31,305 bases of DNA from an uncultured Ignavibacteria bacterium (GTDB taxonomy: Bacteria; Bacteroidota; Ignavibacteria; OLB7), in NCBI GenBank assembly GCA_965650895.1, contig CBFGQN010000001.1, positions 1 through 31,305 on the forward strand, written 5' to 3'. Both the position numbers and the translations under genes were made by a program. A model generated the notes under the pieces. That model did not search any database and was not told where the DNA came from. It saw only the letters and a program-made list of their open reading frames with translations. Positions 8,082 through 16,384 of the stretch are shown here, piece after piece (the stretch's first letter is position 1; each line of letters opens with the position of its first letter).

Positions 8082-8782
8082 GGCAGCTTGTCTCCTCCCG
8101 GTCGTTCCCAGATAGCGTCATCGGAAGAAAGTGCGTGACACTGGCGGCAGTTGACCCGCTCCGGATGAGTCGTCCTGATCTCCTCGACCGCTCCGGGACC
8201 GGCATGACAGCTCAGGCAGTTTTCCCGCATCCTGAGCCGGTGCGGAATCGGCGGCGGACCGGTCGGCAACGCCTGTCCGTCGAGAGAAGGATAATCGACC
8301 GGCTGGAACAGATTGGCCCGGAACGTCCCCTCGACCCGTGCGGGATTGTGGCATTGACGGCAGTTCTTCAGGTCGGGATGGGGGGTGACCGGCGTGAAGG
8401 CGTTGAACTTCGGGACGTAGCCCCCCTTGCCGTGGCACGTCAGACAGTGATCGCCGCCGAGACTCCGGTCATCTTCCACCTCGTGCGGAATCATCGGAGG
8501 TCCCCCGGGATAGGCGCGACGCGCATGGAACATCGCCAGCGTCCGGCTCCCCTCCTCACTCGATTTCAGATAGCTCAACGCCTCGGCTCCGGACTGAAAG
8601 CCGGAGACTTCACCGGCAAGCCGACTCGGCTCGGCCGGCCGCAGCACTTCTCCTTCCTCTCTGCCTGCCGACACTTCCTCGATCAGACTCTCGCCGACGA
8701 CAACGATACCGGATGCCATCAGCACGATGCAGAGTCCGATGACGACATACCGTCGTTCAGGTCCTCTTTTCATCCGCTTCAT
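8078..8782 (-). CDS. napB: NapB-family cytochrome c, tetraheme (internally duplicated), N-terminal membrane anchor
   Basis: Likely start at 8782 (ATGA overlap with the napA stop). The NapB signature PPxIPH occurs twice (YPGGPPMIPH, GPPPIPH), each followed by two CxxCH motifs (CLTCH/CRQCH and CLSCH/CRQCH). Confidence 0.8.
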   Translation of the reverse strand: MKRMKRGPERRYVVIGLCIVLMASGIVVVGESLIEEVSAGREEGEVLRPAEPSRLAGEVSGFQSGAEALSYLKSSEEGSRTLAMFHARRAYPGGPPMIPHEVEDDRSLGGDHCLTCHGKGGYVPKFNAFTPVTPHPDLKNCRQCHNPARVEGTFRANLFQPVDYPSLDGQALPTGPPPIPHRLRMRENCLSCHAGPGAVEEIRTTHPERVNCRQCHALSSDDAIWERPGGDKLP

Positions 8783-11133
8783 GCGACGATCTTCTCCAGC
8801 CGTACGGCGCATTTCTTGTAATCGGGTTGCTTCGAGATCGGACAGAAGGCGTCGAGCGTCAACTCGTTGATCAGGTAGGACTCGTCGAAGAAGGGGACGA
8901 AGACCTGTCCCGGCGTGGGCAATCCCCGACCGTTGATCGACGCCGGCAACACAAGTTCGCCCCGCCTCGTCACCAGCTTCACCCGTTCACCGTCGTTGAT
9001 GCCGAAGCGGACGGCATCCTCCGGATGGATCTCCACATAGGCGTTCGGGACCGCACGGTGGAGGATCGGCACCCGGCGCGTCATCGATCCGGTGTGCCAG
9101 TGTTCAAGGACGCGTCCGGTGTTCAGCCAGAAAGGATAGTCGTCATCGGGGACTTCCGGAGCCGGTTCGTAGGGACGCAGCCAGAGCCAGGCCCGGTGAT
9201 CCGGCTTGCCGTAGAAGTCGTACGGACTGTTGCCGACCGTCTGTTTTGCCGCCGGATCGTAGTCTGCGTTGTATCGCCACTTCGTCTCCTTTCCATCCAC
9301 AAAAGGCCAGATCACTCCCGGACGTTCTTTCAGCAATTCATAGGGGGCCATGCCATGTTTCGCTCCCTCCTGGAACCGGCTGTACTCTTTCCAGATCTCT
9401 TCGATGTGCGTCTCGTAGCTCCACGGGAAAAGGTCTCCGTAGCCGAGTCTTCGGGCCACCTCGATCAACTGCCATCCGTCGCTCATCGCCTCTCCCGGAG
9501 GCGTGAGCATTTGCTGAAAATGCTGGGTTCGACGCTCCGAATTTCCGAACATTCCCTCCCGTTCGATCCACATGGCCGAAGGGAGAATCACGTCGGCGAT
9601 GTCGGTTGTCGGCGTCGGGTAGACATCGGAGACGACCACGAAACGTCCCTCCTTCAACGCCCCCTCACGGTAGCGTTTCAGCTTCGGCATCGTCACCATC
9701 GGATTGGTCACCTGGATCCACATGAAGCGGATATCCCCCCGGTCGAGGGCGCGAAACATCTCGACGGTGTGAAAGGTCGGTTTCGACGGAATGTTCTCCA
9801 CCGGCACGCCCCATATCTCCGCGGCCATCTTCCGGTCTTCCTCGCTGGTCACCACGCCGTGCGGCAGCCTGTGCGTCAGCGTTCCCACCTCGCGGACCGT
9901 GCCGCAGGCCGAGGGCTGACCGGTCAGGGAGAAGGGACTGTTGCCGGGCGTGGCGATCTTGCCGACGAGCAGATGGATGTTGTAGACAAGATTGTTGATC
10001 CACGTCCCCCGGGTATGCTGGTTGAATCCCATGCACCAGAGACTCATCACGTTCTTTCCGGGATCGCCGTACAACGCGGCCAGGTAGCGGATATCGGCGG
10101 CGGAGACACCCGAAAGCTTCTCTACTTTTTCGGGCGTGTAGTCCTTCAGGAAATCGACCAGATCATCGAAATCCGATTCCATCGCCTCGTCCTCGAACTT
10201 GAATCCGTCCTCCAGACCGTAGCCGATATTTGTCTTTCCCCGCTTGAAGGAGACGTGGTTGGCGACGAACTCTTCGTTGACCTGACCGTTGCGGATGATC
10301 TCGTGGCAGATCGCATTGGCGATTGCCAGATCGGTCTGCGGCGCAAAGAGGATAGACCGGTCGGCGGCCATACTCGTGCGAGTGGTTCGCGTGGCCAGAT
10401 CAATAATCCGGGCTCCCCCCTTCATCTTTCTGTCGAGCAGACGGGAGAAGAGGACCGGATGCATCTCCGCCATGTTGTTCCCCCACAGGACAAAGACGTC
10501 GGCATGGTCGATGTCCTCGTAGCACCCCATCGGCTCATCGAGTCCGAACGACGTCATGAACCCGGTGACCGCACTCGCCATGCAGAGTCTGGCGTTCGCC
10601 TCCAGGTTGTTCGTCCCGATCCCCCCCTTCATCAGCTTCGAGGCGACGTAGCCGTCCGGTATCGTCCACTGTCCCGAACCGTAGAGGGAGACCGAGTCCT
10701 TGCCGTATTCGGCAATCGTCTCCTTGATCTTCTGCGCCACCAGATCGAGAGCTTCGGCCATCGGAACCGGAGTCAATCGTCCATCCTTCCGCACATAGGC
10801 CTGCCTCAACCTGTCTGCGCCGTACAGAGCAAGAATCGTGTGGTATCCCTTGACGCAGCAGAGACCTTTGTTGACCGGACTGGCAGGATCCCCCTGGACG
10901 GCGACGGCACGTCCGTTCTCAACGGCCACAAGGAGTCCGCATCCGACACCGCAGAAGCGACACGGCGTCTTCTTCCAGACAACCCCCTCGTTCTCCCCCA
11001 ACACTCTCCCCTCTCCGTACCCCTCGTAACCCTTGTCCCCCTTCTGATTGAACGTAACGGTAGGGAACAAAGACTGAGCAACGGAAAAGGCCGACCCTGC
11101 GGCAGCCATTCTGAAGAACTCGCGACGGTTCAT
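8779..11133 (-). CDS. napA: Periplasmic nitrate reductase catalytic subunit (Mo-bis-PGD, 4Fe-4S)
   Basis: Tat signal MNRREFFRMAAAG. 4Fe-4S motif CRFCGVGC...C (GLCCVKG). Mo-ligand motif NARLCMASA. Nap-type QPSACGTVREVG. C-terminal DAFCPISKQPDYKKCAV. Confidence 0.95.
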   Translation of the reverse strand: MNRREFFRMAAAGSAFSVAQSLFPTVTFNQKGDKGYEGYGEGRVLGENEGVVWKKTPCRFCGVGCGLLVAVENGRAVAVQGDPASPVNKGLCCVKGYHTILALYGADRLRQAYVRKDGRLTPVPMAEALDLVAQKIKETIAEYGKDSVSLYGSGQWTIPDGYVASKLMKGGIGTNNLEANARLCMASAVTGFMTSFGLDEPMGCYEDIDHADVFVLWGNNMAEMHPVLFSRLLDRKMKGGARIIDLATRTTRTSMAADRSILFAPQTDLAIANAICHEIIRNGQVNEEFVANHVSFKRGKTNIGYGLEDGFKFEDEAMESDFDDLVDFLKDYTPEKVEKLSGVSAADIRYLAALYGDPGKNVMSLWCMGFNQHTRGTWINNLVYNIHLLVGKIATPGNSPFSLTGQPSACGTVREVGTLTHRLPHGVVTSEEDRKMAAEIWGVPVENIPSKPTFHTVEMFRALDRGDIRFMWIQVTNPMVTMPKLKRYREGALKEGRFVVVSDVYPTPTTDIADVILPSAMWIEREGMFGNSERRTQHFQQMLTPPGEAMSDGWQLIEVARRLGYGDLFPWSYETHIEEIWKEYSRFQEGAKHGMAPYELLKERPGVIWPFVDGKETKWRYNADYDPAAKQTVGNSPYDFYGKPDHRAWLWLRPYEPAPEVPDDDYPFWLNTGRVLEHWHTGSMTRRVPILHRAVPNAYVEIHPEDAVRFGINDGERVKLVTRRGELVLPASINGRGLPTPGQVFVPFFDESYLINELTLDAFCPISKQPDYKKCAVRLEKIVA

Positions 11134-11387
11134 CGTGTACTCTCCTCATGTTGTTGTTCGGGATCGTCGTAGCCGGCCACCAGGGCAAGGAAGGCAAGGG
11201 AGTCGATGTTCAGCAATTCGGACTGCAGGATCGTTTCCTCTTCCCTGCCGTTGGTGTCGGTGACAAGAACAAGCAGATCGCGGTTGTCTGCGGGATGGAC
11301 GGAGCACTCCTTTATCTGCCGGAGCCGGCGCATCAGCTCATCCTTTTTTCCATCGACCGGATAGGCCAGATAACTCATGATGGGCAT
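11130..11387 (-). CDS. napD: NapD-like chaperone
   Basis: 85-aa ferredoxin-like pattern (MPIMSYLAYP...LLVLVTDT...). GGAGG RBS. Overlaps the napA start by 4 nt, the usual napD position. Confidence 0.75.
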   Translation of the reverse strand: MPIMSYLAYPVDGKKDELMRRLRQIKECSVHPADNRDLLVLVTDTNGREEETILQSELLNIDSLAFLALVAGYDDPEQQHEESTR

Positions 11388-11423
11388 GGGACCTCCACAA
11401 CAATGTTCGATAGTTTCCGGTTC

Positions 11424-11446
11424 CGGAGGAGATACTTCTACCTCCG
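11424..11446. other. Hairpin between ric and napD
   Basis: cggagg-aga-tact-tct-a-cctccg stem-loop. No U tract follows on the minus (sense) strand. Confidence 0.45.
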
Positions 11447-11453
11447 CAAAGAA

Positions 11454-12215
11454 TCAATTCAGCATACAGGCTCCTCTCCCACCACCGTTCAGCTCCTCCT
11501 CCAGCCGGATCGCCGCCGGGAACAGGATGTTGTTCTCTACATGGACATGGCGGTGAAGATCCTGCTCGAACTCCTGCAGCTCCTTGAACAGCACCCGATA
11601 GGTTGTGCAGGCGTCAGGAGGAGGCATGTAGTTATTGGTCAGTTCACGTATCTCCGCCATCTCGTCGCCGGCCGCCTCGTGTTCCTTCAGCATCACCTGA
11701 ATCGGATCATGCACCGTCGCGAAGGGGGAAGCCTTGACCGGCAGCCCCTTCTCCTTTGCCTGTGCCAGATTCCATATATAGGGGAAGAGGACTCGCTCTT
11801 CCTTCATCATATGGGAGAGCATCTCCTCGGCAATCAGAATAAACTTCTCCTCGATGCTGACCATGGCCGGATGCTTTGCCCCGTGAACGCGGGCAACCTT
11901 CTCGGCATGCGTCTGGATCGTCGGCAGAACGGAGCGGACATAGGTATGATGATTCTGAAGAATATAGTCGATCAACAGTTCAGGACTCCACATACCGAAG
12001 CGTGGTTCCCCTGCCGATGGGGCGGCGAGCGTCACGTTCAGATCTTCGATCAAACGCTCGACATCCACTCCCTTTTTGTGACAGGCCTGTTCGATCGTTG
12101 CCCCGCCGCCGCAACAGAAATCCAGCTCGTACTTCTGAAATACGGCGGCTGTCCGGTAGTCGGTAACGACAACTTCCCGGATGGTTCTGTCGGCAGCAAG
12201 ATTCGTCTGGTTCAT
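11454..12215 (-). CDS. ric: Iron-sulfur cluster repair di-iron protein (YtfE/ScdA/Ric), 253 aa
   Basis: Start at 12215 with GAGGA RBS. N-terminal DFCCGG motif. Hemerythrin-like ligands HHTYVR, HMMKEERVLFP, EHEAAG, HVHVENNILFP. Confidence 0.95.
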   Translation of the reverse strand: MNQTNLAADRTIREVVVTDYRTAAVFQKYELDFCCGGGATIEQACHKKGVDVERLIEDLNVTLAAPSAGEPRFGMWSPELLIDYILQNHHTYVRSVLPTIQTHAEKVARVHGAKHPAMVSIEEKFILIAEEMLSHMMKEERVLFPYIWNLAQAKEKGLPVKASPFATVHDPIQVMLKEHEAAGDEMAEIRELTNNYMPPPDACTTYRVLFKELQEFEQDLHRHVHVENNILFPAAIRLEEELNGGGRGACMLN

Positions 12216-12238
12216 TATGGTTCCTCGTAAACGATGAA

Positions 12239-12254
12239 TGGATATACCTATCCG
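12239..12254. promoter_or_regulatory. Candidate Rrf2 operator upstream of ric
   Basis: Minus strand CGGATAGGTATATCCA = CGGATA-N4-TATCCA palindrome in the 73-bp rrf2-ric gap. Arms and spacing match the site at 12759-12782. Confidence 0.55.
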
Positions 12255-12288
12255 TCTCCGTGCATGGGAAACGAGAATTATCTGCGAT

Positions 12289-12726
12289 TTACGGTGCCAG
12301 CCGTAAGTCAAATCTGGTCACTTTATCCCTCAACTCCGCTACCGTCGTCCCGGCAAAGACCTGCGAAAGCTCCGTCCGCACAGCAGCCCACCACTGGTGC
12401 AGAGGACAGGGTCTCTGCTCACCACATCCCGGCAAGCCGAGCAGACACTCAAAGAACAGTTCCTCCCCGTCAATGGCGGTGACAATCTCCCTGAGTGTGA
12501 TCCGGTCGGCCGACCGGGCAAGAGCCACCCCTCCGTTCGGTCCGCGGTAGGAAATAAGGATGCCCTCCTGCGCCAGGGTCTGGACAATCTTCGCAAGGAA
12601 ATGATAGGAGATATTCAAATGTTCCGCAACCGCACGTACCGGCACATATTCCTCTGCCTTCTGTACTGTCGCTATGTGCAGAACGCTTCGTATCCCGTAC
12701 TCACACGTCTTCGACATGATTTTCAT
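12289..12726 (-). CDS. Rrf2 family transcriptional regulator with Fe-S-type Cys triad (NsrR/IscR-like)
   Basis: SKTCEYGIRSVLHIA, winged HTH (HFLAKIVQTL...SYRGPNGGVALAR), C-x6-C-x5-CPLH. Start may be 12726 or 12717. Confidence 0.92.
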   Translation of the reverse strand: MKIMSKTCEYGIRSVLHIATVQKAEEYVPVRAVAEHLNISYHFLAKIVQTLAQEGILISYRGPNGGVALARSADRITLREIVTAIDGEELFFECLLGLPGCGEQRPCPLHQWWAAVRTELSQVFAGTTVAELRDKVTRFDLRLAP

Positions 12727-12758
12727 GAGCGGTTATCCGGTTCTGACCGACATTAAAG

Positions 12759-12791
12759 TTTTCGGACTCCTTTATCTGAAAACAAGATAAA
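12759..12791. promoter_or_regulatory. Candidate Rrf2 autoregulatory operator, two overlapping palindromes
   Basis: TTTTCGGAC-N6-ATCTGAAAA (12759-12782, 7/9 arm match) overlaps TTTATCT-N7-AGATAAA (12771-12791). It lies 33-65 bp upstream of the rrf2 start in an AT-rich region. Confidence 0.55.
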
Positions 12792-13054
12792 AAAACGGGG
12801 GCATCTGGAAAAGAAACAATGCATATCGCTATCCAGCCCCCGTTTGTCGCTTAAGGAAATACTAGCACGTGTACCTATAAGACCACGGCACGCAGAATAA
12901 CGCAACACAAAAAATGCGGGTACTGAAAAAAAAAATTGAGGGAGGGAAATGAGCTGTCAGCAGTCAGCTTTGCGTCTTTGCTCTTCGCGTGATTCCGGTA
13001 ACATGGCGGTCAGGGACAGAAACAGGTTCAGGTAAGCGGAGAAATTTCGGCCCC

Positions 13055-13438
13055 TCACCTCACCATCCTCTCCAGCAGATGCTCCAGCGTTCTCTCCACA
13101 TCGGTTGTGAAGCCGGTGTGGACCGGCGAGGTCTGGATGATCGTGCTCCGCTGTGCGGTCAGCCAGTAGAAGCGTTCGCGCTGCGTCAGCCGTCCGATCT
13201 CTCCGGCCTGCGGGTCTCCCTGACAGATCTTCGGAATGATCGCGAGATACCGCTCGATCTTCTCCCGATCAAGCTCCGGAGCAAAAGCCTGCAGTCGTTC
13301 CCAGTCCGGCTCGATCCGGGCTTCAAGGAATTTCCGTCCGGCACAGGAGAGGATCACGCCGGCGTTGATGAACTCCTCACGCTCCACCCGGGGGACCACG
13401 CGGATCACGGCGTAATCAAAGGTGCAGATGTCGTGCAT
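13055..13438 (-). CDS. DUF3037 domain-containing protein
   Basis: FDYAVIRVVPRVEREEFINAGVIL and RFYWLTAQRSTIIQTSPVHTG. Overlaps the kinase stop by 23 nt. Confidence 0.9.
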   Translation of the reverse strand: MHDICTFDYAVIRVVPRVEREEFINAGVILSCAGRKFLEARIEPDWERLQAFAPELDREKIERYLAIIPKICQGDPQAGEIGRLTQRERFYWLTAQRSTIIQTSPVHTGFTTDVERTLEHLLERMVR

Positions 13439-14180
13439 CGATCGCCTCCTTCACAAATTCACGTCCATGTTCCAGCCGATTGGTCAGGAACTCTTCGTAG
13501 ATGCTTCGTCCCTCCTCCCCCCGCTCCAGCCACTCCTCCGGGATCAGGGCGACAATATCGCGCAACGCTTCGGGCGTCAGTCTCCCCCGCAGAAATTCAT
13601 CGGCCTCCTCAAGTTCGTCGGCAAACGGAAGAAGCATATGGTCTTTGATCTGCCGGAACGGATTGCGGCTATTCTCCGGAAACCGGTCCCAGTCGTGCTG
13701 ATAGAAGAGAGCCGCCCCGTGATCGATCAACCAGAGCTCCCGGTGCCACCAGAGCATGTTGGCGTTCCGCGGAGTCCGGTCGACGTTTGCGGTGTAGGCA
13801 TCGAACCAGACGATGCGCGAGGCGAGTTCGCCGGAAGGTTGTTCGATCAGCGGGTCGTACATGATCGAACCGGGAAGGTAATCCAGCGCCAGATTGATTC
13901 CCCCACTGGCTTTGATCAGATCCTGAATCTCCGGATCGGGCTCGGTCCGGGCCATCTCCGGATCCAGATCGACAAAGACGATCTCCGGCACCCTGAAGCC
14001 GAGAAGACGGGCAATCTCCCCGGCGACAAGCTCCGCAATCAACGCCTTCACCCCCTGTCCGGCCCCCCGGAACTTCAGGACGTAGAGACCGTCGTCGTCC
14101 CCTTCAATAATGGCCGGCAGCGATCCCCCCTCCCGCAACGGGGTCACGTATCGCATCGCATTGACGGTTCGCAGCTTCAT
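13416..14180 (-). CDS. HipA-like kinase, 254 aa
   Basis: Start MKLRTV at 14180. Motifs: TPLREGGSLP, YVLKFRGAGQG (ATP-binding Lys), NVDRTPRNANML (catalytic loop), WLIDHG (Mg-binding). Confidence 0.88.
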   Translation of the reverse strand: MKLRTVNAMRYVTPLREGGSLPAIIEGDDDGLYVLKFRGAGQGVKALIAELVAGEIARLLGFRVPEIVFVDLDPEMARTEPDPEIQDLIKASGGINLALDYLPGSIMYDPLIEQPSGELASRIVWFDAYTANVDRTPRNANMLWWHRELWLIDHGAALFYQHDWDRFPENSRNPFRQIKDHMLLPFADELEEADEFLRGRLTPEALRDIVALIPEEWLERGEEGRSIYEEFLTNRLEHGREFVKEAIDARHLHL

Positions 14181-14353
14181 GAACAAGAATAAGATGATGA
14201 CCGGAAAACCGGCAAGATAGATGTTGTCGGGCAATGCGTCTGTTTCGATGAACATCTGTCAGACGGGGTTTCGGTAACTTTCGGAAGCGTCAGTCCGTTT
14301 TGTCGACATCGATCAACCGGAACTCCGAGACCATCAACTATCATGCTTGATTT

Positions 14354-14716
14354 ATGAAATCCATGCACTTCCAACCCGGAGAGACAAACATCATCTGCCG
14401 GGATGCAAAAGCAAGTCTCCGCTTCTACCGGGATGTTCTCGGCTTCACACTCGTCGAGAAAGAGAATGGCGCCGTCCGTCTCTCGGCGGCGGGCAGAACC
14501 TATCTTCTCCTCCCTTTTGCAACGGAACCGAGAACGGAGCATTCCTACTGCGCAACTCCCGAGTTCTCTCTCGACCTCTACGTCGAGAACCTTGAGGAGG
14601 CGTACGCATACCTCAAAGAGCACGATGTGCAGTTTATCAGGGAGTGGGAGAAAGGGAAGCCGAGCTGCATCATCCGCGATCCCGACGGTCTGGTTATTGA
14701 AGTCATTCAGGCATAG
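14354..14716 (+). CDS. VOC (glyoxalase/bleomycin resistance) family protein
   Basis: SLRFYRDVLGF...LDLYVENLEEAYAYL...IRDPDGLVIEV. Confidence 0.9.
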   Translation: MKSMHFQPGETNIICRDAKASLRFYRDVLGFTLVEKENGAVRLSAAGRTYLLLPFATEPRTEHSYCATPEFSLDLYVENLEEAYAYLKEHDVQFIREWEKGKPSCIIRDPDGLVIEVIQA

Positions 14717-14746
14717 CCTATCCATCATATCGGTCAAACGACGACA

Positions 14747-15433
14747 ATGAACGCTATAGCGAACCGGGGAATCCATCCTCTGCTGATCGCCCATCGGGAT
14801 AATCCCGCAGCAATTCTGCGCCGGGTTTCAGACGCCGATCCTCTCCGCCTGCTGGTCAGCGGCTGCATCGCCGGACTCCCGGTCGGAATCGACGGAACCG
14901 ACTACGGCATGGGAGGATGTCTCGACGAACTCCTCTCCCTCCGTTCGATCCGGCCCTTCACCTTCTGTCCGGAGACGACCGCTCTCGGAGTGCCCCGAAA
15001 CATGCCGGACATCCACGGAGGCGACGGATTCGACGTACTCGACGGGAAAGCCCGGGTGCTGGACGAACTCGGGAACGATCTGACCGACGGGATGATTCTC
15101 GGTGCTGAAAAGATGGCCGAATATGCGCGGGCCGAACGGATCGAACTGGCCGTCCTGACCGATATGAGCGCCGCCTGCGGATCGCAGGTCATCTCCGACG
15201 GATGCAGGCTCGTCGAAGACCGGAAGTATCGCAAAGGGGTCGGAACGGCGACCGCCCTTCTGCTGCGCAACGGCATCCCGGTCGTCAGTCAGCGGGATTA
15301 CCGGACGCTCGGACTGATTCGCGCACACCTCGATCCGGCATACGTTCCCGCTCCTTCACTAATCGACCATCATCAGAATACATGGTACCGGGAATATTTC
15401 GGGGAGCAACCGTCTGGACAAGAGGCGCCGTAA
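14747..15433 (+). CDS. DUF523 / 2-thiouracil desulfurase (TudS-like) family protein
   Basis: LVSGC, FCPE...LGVPR and SAACGS contain the three conserved Cys. G.GTATALLLRNGIPV. Confidence 0.8.
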   Translation: MNAIANRGIHPLLIAHRDNPAAILRRVSDADPLRLLVSGCIAGLPVGIDGTDYGMGGCLDELLSLRSIRPFTFCPETTALGVPRNMPDIHGGDGFDVLDGKARVLDELGNDLTDGMILGAEKMAEYARAERIELAVLTDMSAACGSQVISDGCRLVEDRKYRKGVGTATALLLRNGIPVVSQRDYRTLGLIRAHLDPAYVPAPSLIDHHQNTWYREYFGEQPSGQEAP

Positions 15434-15495
15434 GGGCCGCGCTCACTCTTCATCCGACACTCCCTTCTCCGGACACAGAGGACATCTCAAACGAT

Positions 15496-15954
15496 ATGCA
15501 AAAGGCTCTACAACTCATTCGGATTTCTCCTTCCGGTCTTCCCGCCTCGGAGATCGGAGACCTTCCCCCGATCGCAACCGAAACAGGGGCCGACTTTGCG
15601 GCTTTCTTCCGGACCGTAGGATTTCAGCCTCCGTGGGTCGGCTACTTCGCGCTGGTCGGAGAAAAGTGCGTCGGGGTCTGCGCATTCAAGGGGCCGCCGA
15701 TGGAGAACCGTGTGGAGATCGCCTACTTCACGTTTCCGGAACATGAAGGGGAAGGATATGCAACCGGCATGGCCCGCAGCCTGGTCGACATCGGACAAAA
15801 GACCGATCCGCAACTGATTATCGCCGCGCAGACGCTTCCGCAGGAAGGAGCCTCAACGGCGATTCTGCAAAAGCTCGGTTTTCGATTGGTCGGAACGGTC
15901 GATCACCCGGAGGATGGCGAAGTCTGGGAGTGGCGGTATGAGAAAAGAGCATAA
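15496..15954 (+). CDS. GNAT family N-acetyltransferase (RimJ/RimL-like), 152 aa
   Basis: Start at ATG 15496 with an AGAGGA RBS. VEIAYFTFPEHEGEGYAT and ASTAILQKLGF. Confidence 0.88.
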   Translation: MQKALQLIRISPSGLPASEIGDLPPIATETGADFAAFFRTVGFQPPWVGYFALVGEKCVGVCAFKGPPMENRVEIAYFTFPEHEGEGYATGMARSLVDIGQKTDPQLIIAAQTLPQEGASTAILQKLGFRLVGTVDHPEDGEVWEWRYEKRA

Positions 15955-15976
15955 CCATCAACAGAACAGAGAACAC

Positions 15977-16384
15977 ATGATATCGGCAACCGGAGAATTT
16001 GAAGTCCATCTGAACCCTATGGAACCGTACGCATCGGGGAGTGAGGGAATCACCCTCGGCCGCATGTCGATCGACAAGACGTTCCGGGGAGATCTTGAAG
16101 CGGAGAGCAAAGGGGAGATGCTGAGCGCACGGACGCCGGTTCAGGGATCGGCGGGCTATGTGGCCCTTGAACAGGTTACCGGCACGCTCGGCGGAAAGCG
16201 GGGGACGTTTGTCCTGCAGCATTTCGGCGTGATGAACGGTGGGGAGAACCGGCTTGTGCTGGAAGTGGTTCCCGACTCCGGGACGGGGGAGCTGGCGGGG
16301 TTATCGGGACGGATGGAGATCATCGTCGAGGAGGGGAAGCATCGATACGAGTTCGGGTATGCTTTGGCCGGGGCTTCAGAATAG
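15977..16384 (+). CDS. DUF3224 domain-containing protein
   Basis: ATGEFEV, KTFRGDLEAESKGEML, GSAGYVALEQVTGTLGGKRGTFVLQH, VVPDSGTGELAGLSG. Confidence 0.88.
   Translation: MISATGEFEVHLNPMEPYASGSEGITLGRMSIDKTFRGDLEAESKGEMLSARTPVQGSAGYVALEQVTGTLGGKRGTFVLQHFGVMNGGENRLVLEVVPDSGTGELAGLSGRMEIIVEEGKHRYEFGYALAGASE

Noticed and set aside
4441-8138. Long ORFs 4441..6234 (-), 4923..5945 (+) and 6504..8138 (+)
   Set aside because: Alternative-frame or antisense shadows of the nrfD, 4Fe-4S and cytochrome genes; Arg/Pro-rich with no family signal.
8827-11172. 781-aa plus-strand ORF
   Set aside because: Antisense shadow of napA in high-GC DNA; no motifs.
12926-12938. Poly-A tract as a phase-variation site
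   Set aside because: Short intergenic homopolymer in an AT-rich region with no evidence of length variation from a single sequence.
14282-14297. CGGAAGCGTCAGTCCG resembling the Rrf2 operator candidate
   Set aside because: The left arm mismatches the consensus at two positions, and such GC-rich 16-mers are expected by chance.
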